This document shows, piece after piece, positions 19,009 to 30,229 of a stretch of 64,000 nt of DNA. Location of the stretch: assembly GCA_964019335.1 (NCBI GenBank), contig OZ025715.1, positions 1 to 64,000 of the forward strand. Reading direction: 5' to 3'. The DNA is from Diplonema japonicum (taxonomy: Eukaryota > Protista > Euglenozoa: Diplonemea). The position numbers and the translations under genes were made by a program. The notes under the pieces were generated by a model. That model was not told the DNA's origin. It made no database searches and saw only the letters and a program-made list of their open reading frames with translations. The stretch's first letter is position 1, and each line of letters begins with the position of its first letter.

Positions 19009-19623
19009 TAGGGCTATGCTGGCATGGAAATGCGTTTCCATGCATTTTTTGAAAAAAAGGGAAACGGAAACAGAAATGGCAACGTTTCCCTATTTTGGGG
19101 CCATTTCCTTGGGCAGAAACGTTTCCTTATTTTGGGGGTTTTAGAGACTTATTTTTTTGGGGGCAAATCACTTGGAAGAAATATACGAGACAAAGGGGGC
19201 CACTGTTGGTGGCACCCTGGGGAAATCTTCTGGGTTTCGATGAAGGATGTGATTGTGGCATCCATTTTTTGAACAGCGTCGTCAACCAGCCTTGGTGGGC
19301 GTGGAGTCTGCTGGTTGACGCTACTGTGAAGACCATATCACATATCACAGAAGCGACATTTTACTGTCTCCTTCCCATCCTCTGCCTGAACCTCCGCGCC
19401 TCCCAGGGGGTGCTTTCTCTGGACCATGTTTACTTTCGTTTTTGTAGAGACCGATGTGTGCTTAAAACCCCAAAAGTAAGTATCTTCAAAAACCCCAAAT
19501 ATATAAGGACCTTCTAAACAGTGTTTACCGAAATATACATAGCCGTTTCCATAACCATGAGAATTTTGAAAACATGGAAACGGAAACGGAAACGTTTCCA
19601 CGTTTCCTGCCAGCATAGCCCTA
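19009..19623 (-). mobile_element. Internally deleted hAT-like transposon carrying a BED zinc-finger relic
   Basis: TIR TAGGGCTATGCTGGCA...TGCCAGCATAGCCCTA. Minus-strand frameshifted peptides VKCRFCD...MVFTVASTSRLHAH are BED-like. Confidence 0.75.
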
Positions 19624-20147
19624 GGGGGGGGGGGGGGGGGGGGGCAATGTTTCCAACCTCCCTGTGGTGGTTCCTGGTAATTGTGGTTTGGAGAAACACG
19701 AGCGAAAGGGAAACTCTCGTTCTAAAGCCGTACACGTGGGGAAACCTGGACGGCCCACCCTATGCGTGGTGCCAGTTAACATCGCCCTCAACGGAGAGTC
19801 CCTTATCCCATTACATCAAACAAGGAGGTGGCTTCACCAGGTCAGGCAAGTAGCCTCCCCGCGGCATCGTGCCAGTGAAGCAAGCCTCCCACAACTCTCC
19901 AGTTGGTGTTTAATTGCTTCTGTGGCCCCTCTCCCTATTTCAATTTCCAAGCTTTCTTTACTTCTCCTTACGGGACCACAGGGGACTTGGGAGGCTTCGG
20001 GGCGAAGTTTCACAAGGGTGGTCGCTGTGTCACATACTGCATGGCACCACTAAAATCGAGACAACTTTTTCTCTTGAAAAGTAGTTTCTTGATTCGCTCT
20101 TGTTTACACTAAAATATAAATACCAGCACATATCAGGAAACTTAATA

Positions 20148-21077
20148 ATGGAAATAGAGGCATTCCTTGGGGCTCCTGTCAGCAAAGGGATCCTCCTTGG
20201 GTGCATTGTAGGCTCCTCGGTCACTAGGATGATGATGGCACCTATTAGCTTGGAGAGCATCGGCGCTGGTGAAGTTGCGAAACTGACTGGAAGTTGGTGG
20301 TGCTACACTTCAATGGGAGACTTGGTTCTTGGGAGTATACTGGTGTTGGCTCTGAAGAACATTGAGAAATGGTGCGGCTCCAGAAAGTTTGCAAGCTACA
20401 TATTAATTTCTGGCAGCCTGTCGATGATTGTGCACTTGCTGATTTTCAAAGTGCTTGGAGTTCAGAGTTACAGGCACGTGCGCCCGGGTCCTATTTCGCT
20501 GATCTTCACGCTGCTTGTTAAGTACTTCATCGAAGTACCATCGTCGTCGCTCTTTTCAGAAAAGGTGATGGTTTATGCATGTGCACTGTTGTACTGCCAG
20601 ACTGCTAGTGCTTTACCTCAGGCAACTAGCGGCGTGATTGGGGGCTTGCTGACAATCAGCACTGTACTGCCCTTTAAGGATTTTAGAATCCCAAAAGTGA
20701 TCAGCAATGCTGTGTGGGCGATTGGCAAGTACCTAGAGACAAAGCCCTCTGTCAAGGCCACTCCAGGTGAAATCATGGCACACCTGCATGGACAGGGGCC
20801 GCAAGATGGCCCTTATCAGGAACAACTACTTCCTGGTCACAACGAAGTGTGGGGTGGTATCAGGCGCCGTAGACCTGTACACGACCCGGAGCTGGAACAC
20901 GCTCTGAATGAGTCGCTAGCCATGACACAGCCGGAAGCGCAGCCACAACCTTCTTTTACAGGGGCCTCCCTCACATCGCTGACCGATATGGGGTTCGATG
21001 CTGCCTCTGCAAGGCAGGCCCTTACACAGGCACATGGCTCCGTTGAGCACGCCATTCAAATCTTGACAGGGGGGTGA
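20148..21077 (+). CDS. UBAC2/Dsc2-like rhomboid pseudoprotease with C-terminal UBA domain
   Basis: FLGAPVSKG N-terminus, IEKWCGSRKFASY, several TM segments, C-terminal LTDMGFDAASARQALTQAHGSVEHAIQIL. Confidence 0.82.
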   Translation: MEIEAFLGAPVSKGILLGCIVGSSVTRMMMAPISLESIGAGEVAKLTGSWWCYTSMGDLVLGSILVLALKNIEKWCGSRKFASYILISGSLSMIVHLLIFKVLGVQSYRHVRPGPISLIFTLLVKYFIEVPSSSLFSEKVMVYACALLYCQTASALPQATSGVIGGLLTISTVLPFKDFRIPKVISNAVWAIGKYLETKPSVKATPGEIMAHLHGQGPQDGPYQEQLLPGHNEVWGGIRRRRPVHDPELEHALNESLAMTQPEAQPQPSFTGASLTSLTDMGFDAASARQALTQAHGSVEHAIQILTGG

Positions 21078-21285
21078 GCATGGGTACATCAAGTGTGATT
21101 GAGAGACGACCTGTTAATAGGAAGTCAAGGTGCGCACAACACGCCCCTTCTTTCCAAACCACCGTTGAGGCCGTTCTAGCCATTTGAATGAACTTCATTG
21201 TTATTGAATTCTTTGTACTTAAACCGTTCTCAAGGTGCAAGAAAAAAAAAAGAAATACGATGTGCTTTCTCTTGTAAGACTTACT

Positions 21286-21807
21286 ATGAAGAGGAGGCTT
21301 ACACAGGATGCGGCAGGTAAGAGGTGCAGAATGAAGGTCTTTTGTGGGAGAAATAAGCCCATGACAAAGCAGGAGGTGACGAATTGTTTAGAAGAAGCCG
21401 GTGTTGAGGTTGGGTGGAAGGCTGTGGTGAGATTCAAGGTGAAGGGAACTGGAAATATGCAGACCGAGGTGGGGAGGTTTAGGTATATAGACGCAGAGCG
21501 TGACTCATACCTTATAAGTTACGATGTGTATACGTTCGACTGCTTCCTCCCACCGCAGGATCCCGACGTTACTATTTACGAGGTCAAACTGTTGGAGGGG
21601 TCGCTTGGGGCAGACAGCAGCCAAGACGTGTCAACTGACGAAGAGCGTGTAGAAGCTATCAAGGAATGGAACAATACTACATACCTACCTACTACCCAAG
21701 ACACAGCCACTCAAACAGAGCCTTCAGGGGTTACCTTGGAGCATGTGCATGCTGTCCAGCAGGACATCTTGAGGCTTTTAAAAGACCCGAAACCTGACTC
21801 GAACTAA
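21286..21807 (+). CDS. Hypothetical protein, 173 aa
   Basis: Clean ORF in the gene cluster with a small beta-rich domain ending CFLPPQDPDVTIYEV. Confidence 0.6.
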   Translation: MKRRLTQDAAGKRCRMKVFCGRNKPMTKQEVTNCLEEAGVEVGWKAVVRFKVKGTGNMQTEVGRFRYIDAERDSYLISYDVYTFDCFLPPQDPDVTIYEVKLLEGSLGADSSQDVSTDEERVEAIKEWNNTTYLPTTQDTATQTEPSGVTLEHVHAVQQDILRLLKDPKPDSN

Positions 21808-21943
21808 AAAAACAAAAAACAAAAAATGTGACTTTTGTATTTCTTTCTTTTTATTTTCCTTTTCTCCCTTTTTCACTTACCACAAAGCAGAGATATTCAA
21901 AATGATGCACTGACTCATTAATTCTTGAGAATCATCAGACTAA

Positions 21944-24590
21944 ATGTTGTCAGTAGTGCTGCACGTTTTGGCCTTAGGGGCCTGCGAGTACTTCGTCGAA
22001 GAGGCAGCACGATCTTGTGAGGAGACGAGTAGAACTAGCGGTGGCATTACACTCCCATCAAGTGCCGTGTGCTTGGAAAGAGCAAAGGAGCTTATGGCTA
22101 CAAAACCAACCCAAACTGATGTTGACCAAGAGAACAATATTCTCAATTGGCCCACAGGATGCTACATCAACCTCGGTAGCAATGCTCTCCCAACGTACAA
22201 TACCCGTGTTACAGGTGCCAAACAGCCTTACTGCACCGTAGACTCTTCAACACCGAAGGGCTGCACGGGGTCTTGCACAATGGCTGGTGTAAAGTGCATC
22301 TGCTCTACACCGGAATGTGCACCTACAGATGCACCATTAACGCCTTTCCCTGATACAGTGGCACCTCCTACAGCAACTCCGACCCAGCCACCGAACACCC
22401 CTTTCCCAGCCACAGCAGAGCCCACGATCGCACCTAAAACTCAACCCCCAGTCACAGCCGTACCCACAGCTATACCTACTGACATTCCTTCCACTGCCGT
22501 TCCGACAGCTGTACCCACAGCTGTTCCCACTGCTGAACCAACAGCCAGCCCCACTACTGCTACCCCCACCGCTGTTCCTACTGCTGTGCCTACTGCCGTC
22601 CCTACTGCTGAGCCTACTGATGTTCCGACAGCAAGCCCAACACAAGCTCCCACCGCTACCCCGACTGCTGCTCCCACTGCTACCCCGACTACTACACCCA
22701 CAGCTACCCCTACTGCACAACCTACGCAAACCCCAACTGCTGTTCCCACTGACACACCAACAGCAGTGCCCACCCAACCTACGCAAACCCCTACTGCACA
22801 ACCTACGCAAACCCCAACTGCTGTACCTACTGACACACCAACAGCAGTGCCTACATCGCCGTCCACCACCGAACCGACAGAGCCACCTGCCAACCAAACT
22901 GCTGTGCCTACTTCAGAGCCAACACCCGTGCCACCAACTGCCTTACCTGCGGTACCAACTACTGATGCACCCCCTCCCAACAACACTGCCATCGAGACAG
23001 TATTGGTATGGCCATTCACACGTCACACACCTCCAACAGAACGACATGACGGAAGACACTAGCTCCAATGTTGCCGCAGCCGCTGCCGTAGCAGGTATAG
23101 CAGCACCTGTCGCGTCAGTAGCTGCTGCACATGCTTCGATGATGGTGCTGATGTTCGACGGGCACTGCAGCAATGAGCCAAAGAAGCTTCCACCAGCTTT
23201 GCACCCGATGCAGATCTTCGGTCTGGACACTGTGTCAGGTTCACCAGACGCAGCTGTTATTGTGGGTAACCTGAGTATCATCATAGCAGTGTCAATCCTG
23301 TGTTTCTTAGCACTGTGCATCCTACGGCTGCTGGCTCCTGTTATGCCTAAAGCGTTGAAAGTTAAGGACATGATGGATGCACAAGGACTTCTGAGATTCC
23401 CTTCTGTTGCACTGTTTGTGCTGCTGTTTCTTTACCAAGGAACCATCTATTCGGCAATGAGACTGGTGGCCTACGCACCCACATATGAACTGAGGCTTGC
23501 GGGTGCGTTCAGTACCACCTTGCTAATCGTTGTGCCTCCTGTAGTTGGTTACATTGTTAAGACGTCGGTACCTCGATTGGGCTTCTATCGTAAGCTGGGA
23601 GTACAGCCAAAACCCAGGTGCGGCATGCCCAGCAAAGTTATACAAGCTATGATTGGTTCAGGTGAATGGGTAAGCACAAGGAAAGAAAATAAATTCGTCG
23701 CACGATACCAGACAATGGTTAGGAGCTTCAAGGAGGACTGGTCTTGGTTTATCTTGATCGACTTTGCAGCGATGTTCCTCTTGGCATGTGCGACCATGGC
23801 GAAGACACCTACGTGGAGCGACTGCGGGCATGTTAAACTGTTCTCTGCGTTGGTCTGCTTGGTGTCAATGGGCGTCAAAGCATACTTCAGGCCTTTTGCA
23901 AGGCACCGTGATAACGTACTCGACCCGCCACGGCTGTTCATTCAAGCACTGGCACTGTTCTTCATGGCTCTCGGTTTCTACAGTGGGTCGTCGGCGCACT
24001 TTGGCTTCAAAATTGCCCCGGTTTTAATCATGTTGGCTATCGCATTGCTGCTATTCAAGGTTCTACTTGACCTGTGCACTGAAGTGCTGGTCTTCAAAAG
24101 GAGGGCCAGACTGCAGACTATGACTTTCGACGAAATGGAGAATGACATGCAAAACGAGCTGTTGGCCTACAAGAAAGGTGTCGAGAACGAGAGGCGCTAT
24201 AGCTGCATTGAAGAGTCGCTGACCGTGAGCTCTGACGACAGACTGGAGTTACAGAAGGAACTAGTGAACACTTCGTCGTTGACAGAGGAGCAGTACCAGT
24301 CTCTTGAGAATCTTGAAAGCCCGCTGAGACCTTTGAACACAAACAGAAGAATTAGCAGACGCATGTCGCCTTCCCCGTCGGACTTCACCCGCATTGGCAG
24401 CATTTACCGATCTCCTTCCTGCGTTGCATCGTCAAGGAAGTCTGGAAGGAGGAAGTCCGTTCCCATGCTCCTCCCCCCTAACAGGCTTCACACCGTACAA
24501 GGCGACGGCGACATCAAGCGAGCTTCCCTGCAGTCCCTTCCCACCCCAGGGTCGAGAGCAGCATCGCCTACACGGCTTAGTTCCATTTGA
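21944..24590 (+). CDS. Surface membrane protein: signal peptide, Cys-rich domain, Thr/Pro mucin-like stalk, multi-pass TM domain, Ser/Arg-rich tail (870 aa)
   Basis: Exons 21944-23005 and 23040-24590. Intron 23006-23039 (GTATGG...AACAG) joins the two ORF-track frames. PTA/PTQ repeats at about 22320-22980. Confidence 0.85.
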
Positions 24591-25148
24591 AGGCTTATAA
24601 ATGCTGGATACAGAATAGAGATACAACCGGCCTGCTAACTAGCAAAAGATACTATAAACCCTATCCCATCCTGTCCCGTTCTATCCCACTCCCGTCTTAC
24701 GCCCGACCCCATGACCTTATGCGGCCCTCAACTGATCTCTTTGGTGCTACCTGAGGTGGCCATGGAGGCTTCCTCCTCGCCATCAATCACATGTATCCAA
24801 AGACATCACTTTGATTTGGTGTTTGTTGAGCTCTCGAATGGGGTCCGAAAGAAGCCATCAAGTGGTAGATCCGGGGCCATGCTGAGTGCACAACCCTTTC
24901 TTTGTGCGATAAAAATGACCGTCTCATTAAAGTATGCGGCGGTACAGCACAGAAGTTGCAACGTTGTTTTAATAAGCCTAAGAGGCTGCCGTGAGGTGCA
25001 CATTCTGAAACCTGCACCAAGCGTTTCGTACTATTTCTACAAAAGGCAAGTGATTTAGATGGCTCGGTGTCGGCTAACGTTAGAGGTGTTTTGAGCCACC
25101 CTGACACCCGACTGGTACAGACCATAACCCAGGGCCCTGCATGTTTTT

Positions 25149-25179
<31 letters not shown>

Positions 25180-25442
25180 GAGAGAACCCTGCAAACATGA
25201 TAGCAAATGAAGATTTTCCAGCGTTTGAGTCAACCTGTATCTCATTTCCACCAAACAGTGGAGACATTATTTGAGTTCCTGTAAAGAAACAGTTTTGAAA
25301 AAGAAAAGAAAAAAAAAATACAGAGGTTGGTACAAATTTAGATTTGCTTGTTGTGTATGTGGTTCTTAGAAAAAAAAAAGGAAGAAAAAAAAGGGTGCCC
25401 CATTGTGACCAGATCACAGGCTATGTTGTATCGTAAATTAAT

Positions 25443-25610
25443 TATATGAGCTCGTCCGGATTAAGCCAAGAACAAGCCATATTTTTTCTAATAAAGTACC
25501 GTCCTCGTAGTGGTGGAGTGGATCATTTTTTTACTTAGAAATTTGCCGGGTTTCTTTTTGTTGCACAAGAGAGTTATTTGTTCACATTTTTTCCCGGACG
25601 AGCTCACATA
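25443..25610. mobile_element. About 160-bp MITE with GAGCTCGTCCGG TIRs (Sola-like GAG terminus)
   Basis: atat|GAGCTCGTCCGG ... CCGGACGAGCTC|acat. Confidence 0.6.
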
Positions 25611-25772
25611 AAGGAATAAATAAAGGAATCATCTACAGGAAACTTGCGCTATTTTTTTTTTCTCTTTTTCTATTCTTTTCTTTACTAATGTGCTTATCCA
25701 TTCGTTGTCAGTTATATTTTTTAAAGCTTCGGTGCAGGATCCATACTCACAGCAGCGCAGGTGGGGTGCGAA

Positions 25773-28309
25773 ATGGGAACAGCTGAGAGCACCCCGATTG
25801 CCGACCCAGAGACATTGGGTACCGATGGCATGCTACCGTCACCAGGTGTTCTAAGCCATCAAATACTCTTTGACCAACACCAGTACGACTTCAACATGAA
25901 CCAAGACGCATTGCTTTCTACAGACTGCGCTATTGGTAGGAAGCCCGATCCACTGAATCCCAACATTACTGACGAGTATCTTGCTGTGGGGCTCCGCACA
26001 AAGTTCGACGGCAAGGGTGTCAAGAAGTACGGCAGGCCACCCATCAACCTCACCTTGGTTATCGATACATCGGGAAGCATGAAGGCTCACTTCAAATCTG
26101 CAAAAAACGGAGACCTCCGAAGCAAGCTAGACATAGTGAAGCAGATGGTCTTGGGTGCTGGGGGGCTACTCGAAATCCTGAACCCCAACGATAAAGTAGC
26201 AATTATAACCTTCAACACCGAGACGAAGATCTTGCAGGAGCTGGTGCCTGTGTCAAAACTGGTAAAAGATAGAGTCAACACAATGCTTGAAAACCAAAAG
26301 CCCATCGGGAACACCAACCTTAGCCAAGCAGTCGAAACAGCAGTAAAACTCATGCGAGGGTCGGCATCTGAGAGGAGGCACCCCTTACTGGGACTGTCAC
26401 CGCTACCGAGGCCACCACCTTTGGTGGACACAGGCAGCATAGCAGCAACCCATGCACCCATCGCTGCAACAGCTACCACGACTCCTGAAGATACTGATGC
26501 CCCTAAGAGGCTACGCAGAGCTGACACGATGTACTGCCAGAACCTTGTTGACCTTCCTGAGAGCCGCCTTATGATCATCACAGACGAGTACCTGTCTCAG
26601 GATGAGGACCATGAAAGGGCTCTCAACACTATTTTGAGGCATGCAGACGAATCCCAACTGCACACTACTTTTGTGGCTATGGGGGTGAACTACTCTCCGT
26701 TTATCAGCAAGCGCCTCTCCCTTGTAGCAGGATGCAATGTCATCTCTGTGCACTCCGCTGAGATGTTTCGGGAGAAAGTAATTACAGAATTTGACCACAT
26801 TTGTTCACCCATTGCCTACAATGTCACCGTCAGCGTCGAGACTGACCTACCAGAGATCGTGGAGACCTTCGGGACTGCCATGGGACGTGAGGTTATAAAG
26901 ATGAAGTCGGTTTTTGCTGGTGCTGGAGACGAGACCTCTGTGCATGTATGTCAGACAACTAACTTGTACACTTCACAGGGCAGTGTTGGTCTGTTGCGAC
27001 TGAAGAGCAAGATAGACAGCAGCAAGGTAAAGTGCACCACCTCGTTCATCGACAGGGTGGGCACGTATCACTCCGAAACTATTGAGTATGTCCATCAACT
27101 AACCCTTAGCACTGCAGGCTCGATATGACAGACCGCAGTGCTTGCAAAGCTTTCCGCAAAGTGGTGGTGCTCTCGAGGCTGGGTACCCTCCTCAAGGTCT
27201 TCCTCACTGATGAAACCTCAGACGAGGGAGATAAGCCCATGATCACAATGGAGTCGGGGATTGTGCCGTTGCCGAAAGATCTTAGAACAGAATGGGAAGG
27301 CGGCCTGCAGCCCTTGCTACCCCAGGTGGACATTGGAGCGCCCACTTATTCAGCTTCGGAAGGTGAGGAAGATGGCGAGGGTGAGGGTGCGGAGTTGCTT
27401 GGGCAAGATAAATCTCAAAAGGCATGGACGAGCACGCCGGTACAACGTGTGGGGTCTGCAAAAAGACTGTCATGCTCTCAACAGAGTGCACCTAAAGCTG
27501 TCCCACAGTCGCGAGTTTCTTCGCACTACAAGACAGTCCTGAAGGCTTTCTGTTTGTACTTAGCAGAGGAGTGCAAAGTGTTGCAGGACAAGACGCTGGG
27601 ACATTGGTTCGACTTCCTGGACGCCATTGTGCACTACATACCTGAACAGGAGGTGATACAAGCGGCAGAGGGACACCTCACAGCAAGAGTCATCTACACA
27701 GGGATTGACCCCGACAAGGTGTTCGACGTTCTGAATTGTGACAAATATAGCGGCAAGCTCAGAGAAAATCACAGGAGTGCTGTAAATGGGGTGTTTAACA
27801 AGAAGATGCAGGCCGCCATTTTGGGAATCGTGATGAAGTTGGTGGACACAAAACCTTCCTGGGTGGTAGCTACGGAAGAAGTGAAGAAGGCTTCCAGAGA
27901 TGAGGTGCGGGGTTGCTTCATGCATCTTGAGAGGGAGGAGGCTTGGGTTATGTGGAGAGAGAGGTGGGAGCCACTCGTCAACGCCACACTTAGGAACGTA
28001 CTACACAGCAGAGTGTTCAACATCACGAAGAGGCTGTATGGTACACTGAAGCCTGAAGAACTTGAACAGTGCCAACTGATGGATCACGTCATACTTGAGC
28101 TGTCGTCCCTCTGCCCCGAGCTGACAATTGAAGACGCCAACCACACTGACCATGTCCAAGATCTGCGGTCTTTCCTCTCAAGGTGGATCATCCCCGCCCT
28201 CGAGAAGCACAACACCGACTGCCGATGGTGCCCTGAGCAAGGCATCCCCATTTCGAACTCTGAGCAGGATGCCCCCGAGCTCACTGCCGCGCAGTGCCCG
28301 ACACAATAA
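25773..28309 (+). CDS. von Willebrand factor A domain protein with N-terminal MG (myristoylation-like) motif
   Basis: PINLTLVIDTSGSM MIDAS motif, GNTNL, IITDE. Intron 27086-27117 joins ORFs 25761-27128 and 27125-28309. Confidence 0.85.
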
Positions 28310-28586
28310 AACACTGTATCCCGTAAGGGCCTCTCTGCGGACAGGTGGTGTTTCATGTTGGCCAGTAAGAGTAAATTAGAGTAAGTGAGATTGTAAGCAG
28401 GTTGTGGTAGCCTATCTTTCCTCCGCATATCTGGATTACTAAACTACCTTTATTAAGTAAGCCCTGCACTATACGTGTTGGGTGCTTTTGGTCTGCCACT
28501 TTATAAAATAAAATAAACTTTTCTTTTTCTTGGATCTCGTTGTTTCCTTTGTAGCACTGCAATCCTCCCATGCATTCCAGGTGTTG

Positions 28587-29420
28587 ATGTCGCGGAAGAG
28601 GAAACATGCAAGTGAGCAGGATGCGTTGGATGAAGCCCTTAACTGGCTCCGGAGGAGCATGGCAGAGATCGCAAAAAGTCTGAATAGAGCTTCAGAGGAG
28701 AATATATTCGAGCCAAGCCCTGAAATCACTCTCGAGAAGTACGCTGAGAAAATCAAGGAGCCCATCTGCCTGCCTGACATCGAGGGAAGGTGCAGACGGA
28801 GATATCAGGGCATAGACGAATTCAGGGTTGACTTACAGTTGATGCATGACAATTGCGTGCAGTACAACGGTGTGCAGACTAAATGGGCAAAGTTCGCAGC
28901 GGCAGTGCTGCGAGACGGGAACAAGATGTTGGACAACTTGCAAGTAAAATACGATGAGTTCAAGGCAAACAAAATGGCAGCGCTCGACAAACCGCCGCCC
29001 ACCCACCGTGCTGGGACCAAGGTAGCAGTTCCCATTAAGATCCGCGACCTTCTCCGGGCAGACTGGGCAATGCGTGAGGCAGGCGGCATCGAGTTCCCGA
29101 CTAAGACTAAGGTGCAAAACATACTAGACGAGTTCATGCAATCAAAAAGTGGTGCAGTATTCAGCACAAGGGAGAGAGAAAACTACACCAGATACCTAGA
29201 CGCCATCAAGAGCGTCCTGACAGACCCCGAACTACAGGGCAAGCTGCTGTACACCCCGGAGGAGGATGCACAAGGCGTCAACGTTCTACTCAGGTTGCTT
29301 GTCATCATGCCGGACATAGTTAATATCAGGTCACCCGAAGAGGAGACCGCGCTCATCCTAGCCACAGAAGAGCTGTTGGGGTTCGTAGACTCTCGGTGGG
29401 ACGCTTATCTGAATTCTTAG
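28587..29420 (+). CDS. Bromodomain + MRG-like domain chromatin factor
   Basis: Y..KIKEPICL..I...YQGIDEFRVDLQLMHDNCVQYNG (bromodomain); VPIKIRDLLRADW...FPTKTKVQNILDEF...LLRLLVIMP (MRG-like). Confidence 0.8.
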   Translation: MSRKRKHASEQDALDEALNWLRRSMAEIAKSLNRASEENIFEPSPEITLEKYAEKIKEPICLPDIEGRCRRRYQGIDEFRVDLQLMHDNCVQYNGVQTKWAKFAAAVLRDGNKMLDNLQVKYDEFKANKMAALDKPPPTHRAGTKVAVPIKIRDLLRADWAMREAGGIEFPTKTKVQNILDEFMQSKSGAVFSTRERENYTRYLDAIKSVLTDPELQGKLLYTPEEDAQGVNVLLRLLVIMPDIVNIRSPEEETALILATEELLGFVDSRWDAYLNS

Positions 29421-29503
29421 TTACATTGCCCACCTCCTCGCAATTGATCATGCCACACAGCACTATTTACACAAACCGAAAAACAAAACAAGAAACAACA
29501 AAA

Positions 29504-29752
29504 ATGGGCCTTGCCAACGCAGCAAACCCCATCACTGTCTACAAGAAGGATGCTTATCAAGGCCTCGGCTGCACACAGCTGAACCTGTACGGCGAGTCAC
29601 AGGTATAAACACCATGATCAGGATGAATCCTCACACAGCACGAATACTACAAAGGCCAGGGTTACAAAAAGGGGACTTGTAACGGGCAGGGGTATGGCCG
29701 TTACGCTGGCTCGGCTGGGTCTGCTTCGCAGGGTTCTGTGTGGCTTCACTAA
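29504..29752 (+). CDS. Spliced 70-aa Gly/Tyr-rich microprotein
   Basis: Exons 29504-29602 and 29639-29752; intron 29603-29638 (GTATAA...CACACAG). Product MGLANAANPITVYKKDAYQGLGCTQLNLYGESQHEYYKGQGYKKGTCNGQGYGRYAGSAGSASQGSVWLH. Confidence 0.65.
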
Positions 29753-29868
29753 GCCCTGATTGTTGACACCCAACACATTCTAACACAACACACAATACTT
29801 TTTTTTTTTTTTTTTTTAAACTTTCCGAAGTTGTGCCATCTGTGAAGCATTCAAGGCGGGTGTCAAAA

Positions 29869-30170
29869 ATGGTCGATGACAAGCAGATCAAGCCAGAGCC
29901 CCCTGCGGGCGAGGTGGTATGCGTGTTATCACTCAAAACGCCACACAGGATCGCAAGCAGCAAGAAAAGCTCAAAAAACAAGTGCGACATTTAAAAGGAA
30001 ACACGCGAAACTATCAAGAGCAGGTATAACAAGAAGGCAAAACCTTGAGCATTTAACAGATCCAAAAAGAGATCCGCAGAATTGGGATCGAAAAGGAGAA
30101 CCTCAGAAAGGACAACGAGAGGTTGCGACAGGATGTATGCACATGCGAACACACCGCATTAATAATAATA

Positions 30171-30229
<59 letters not shown>

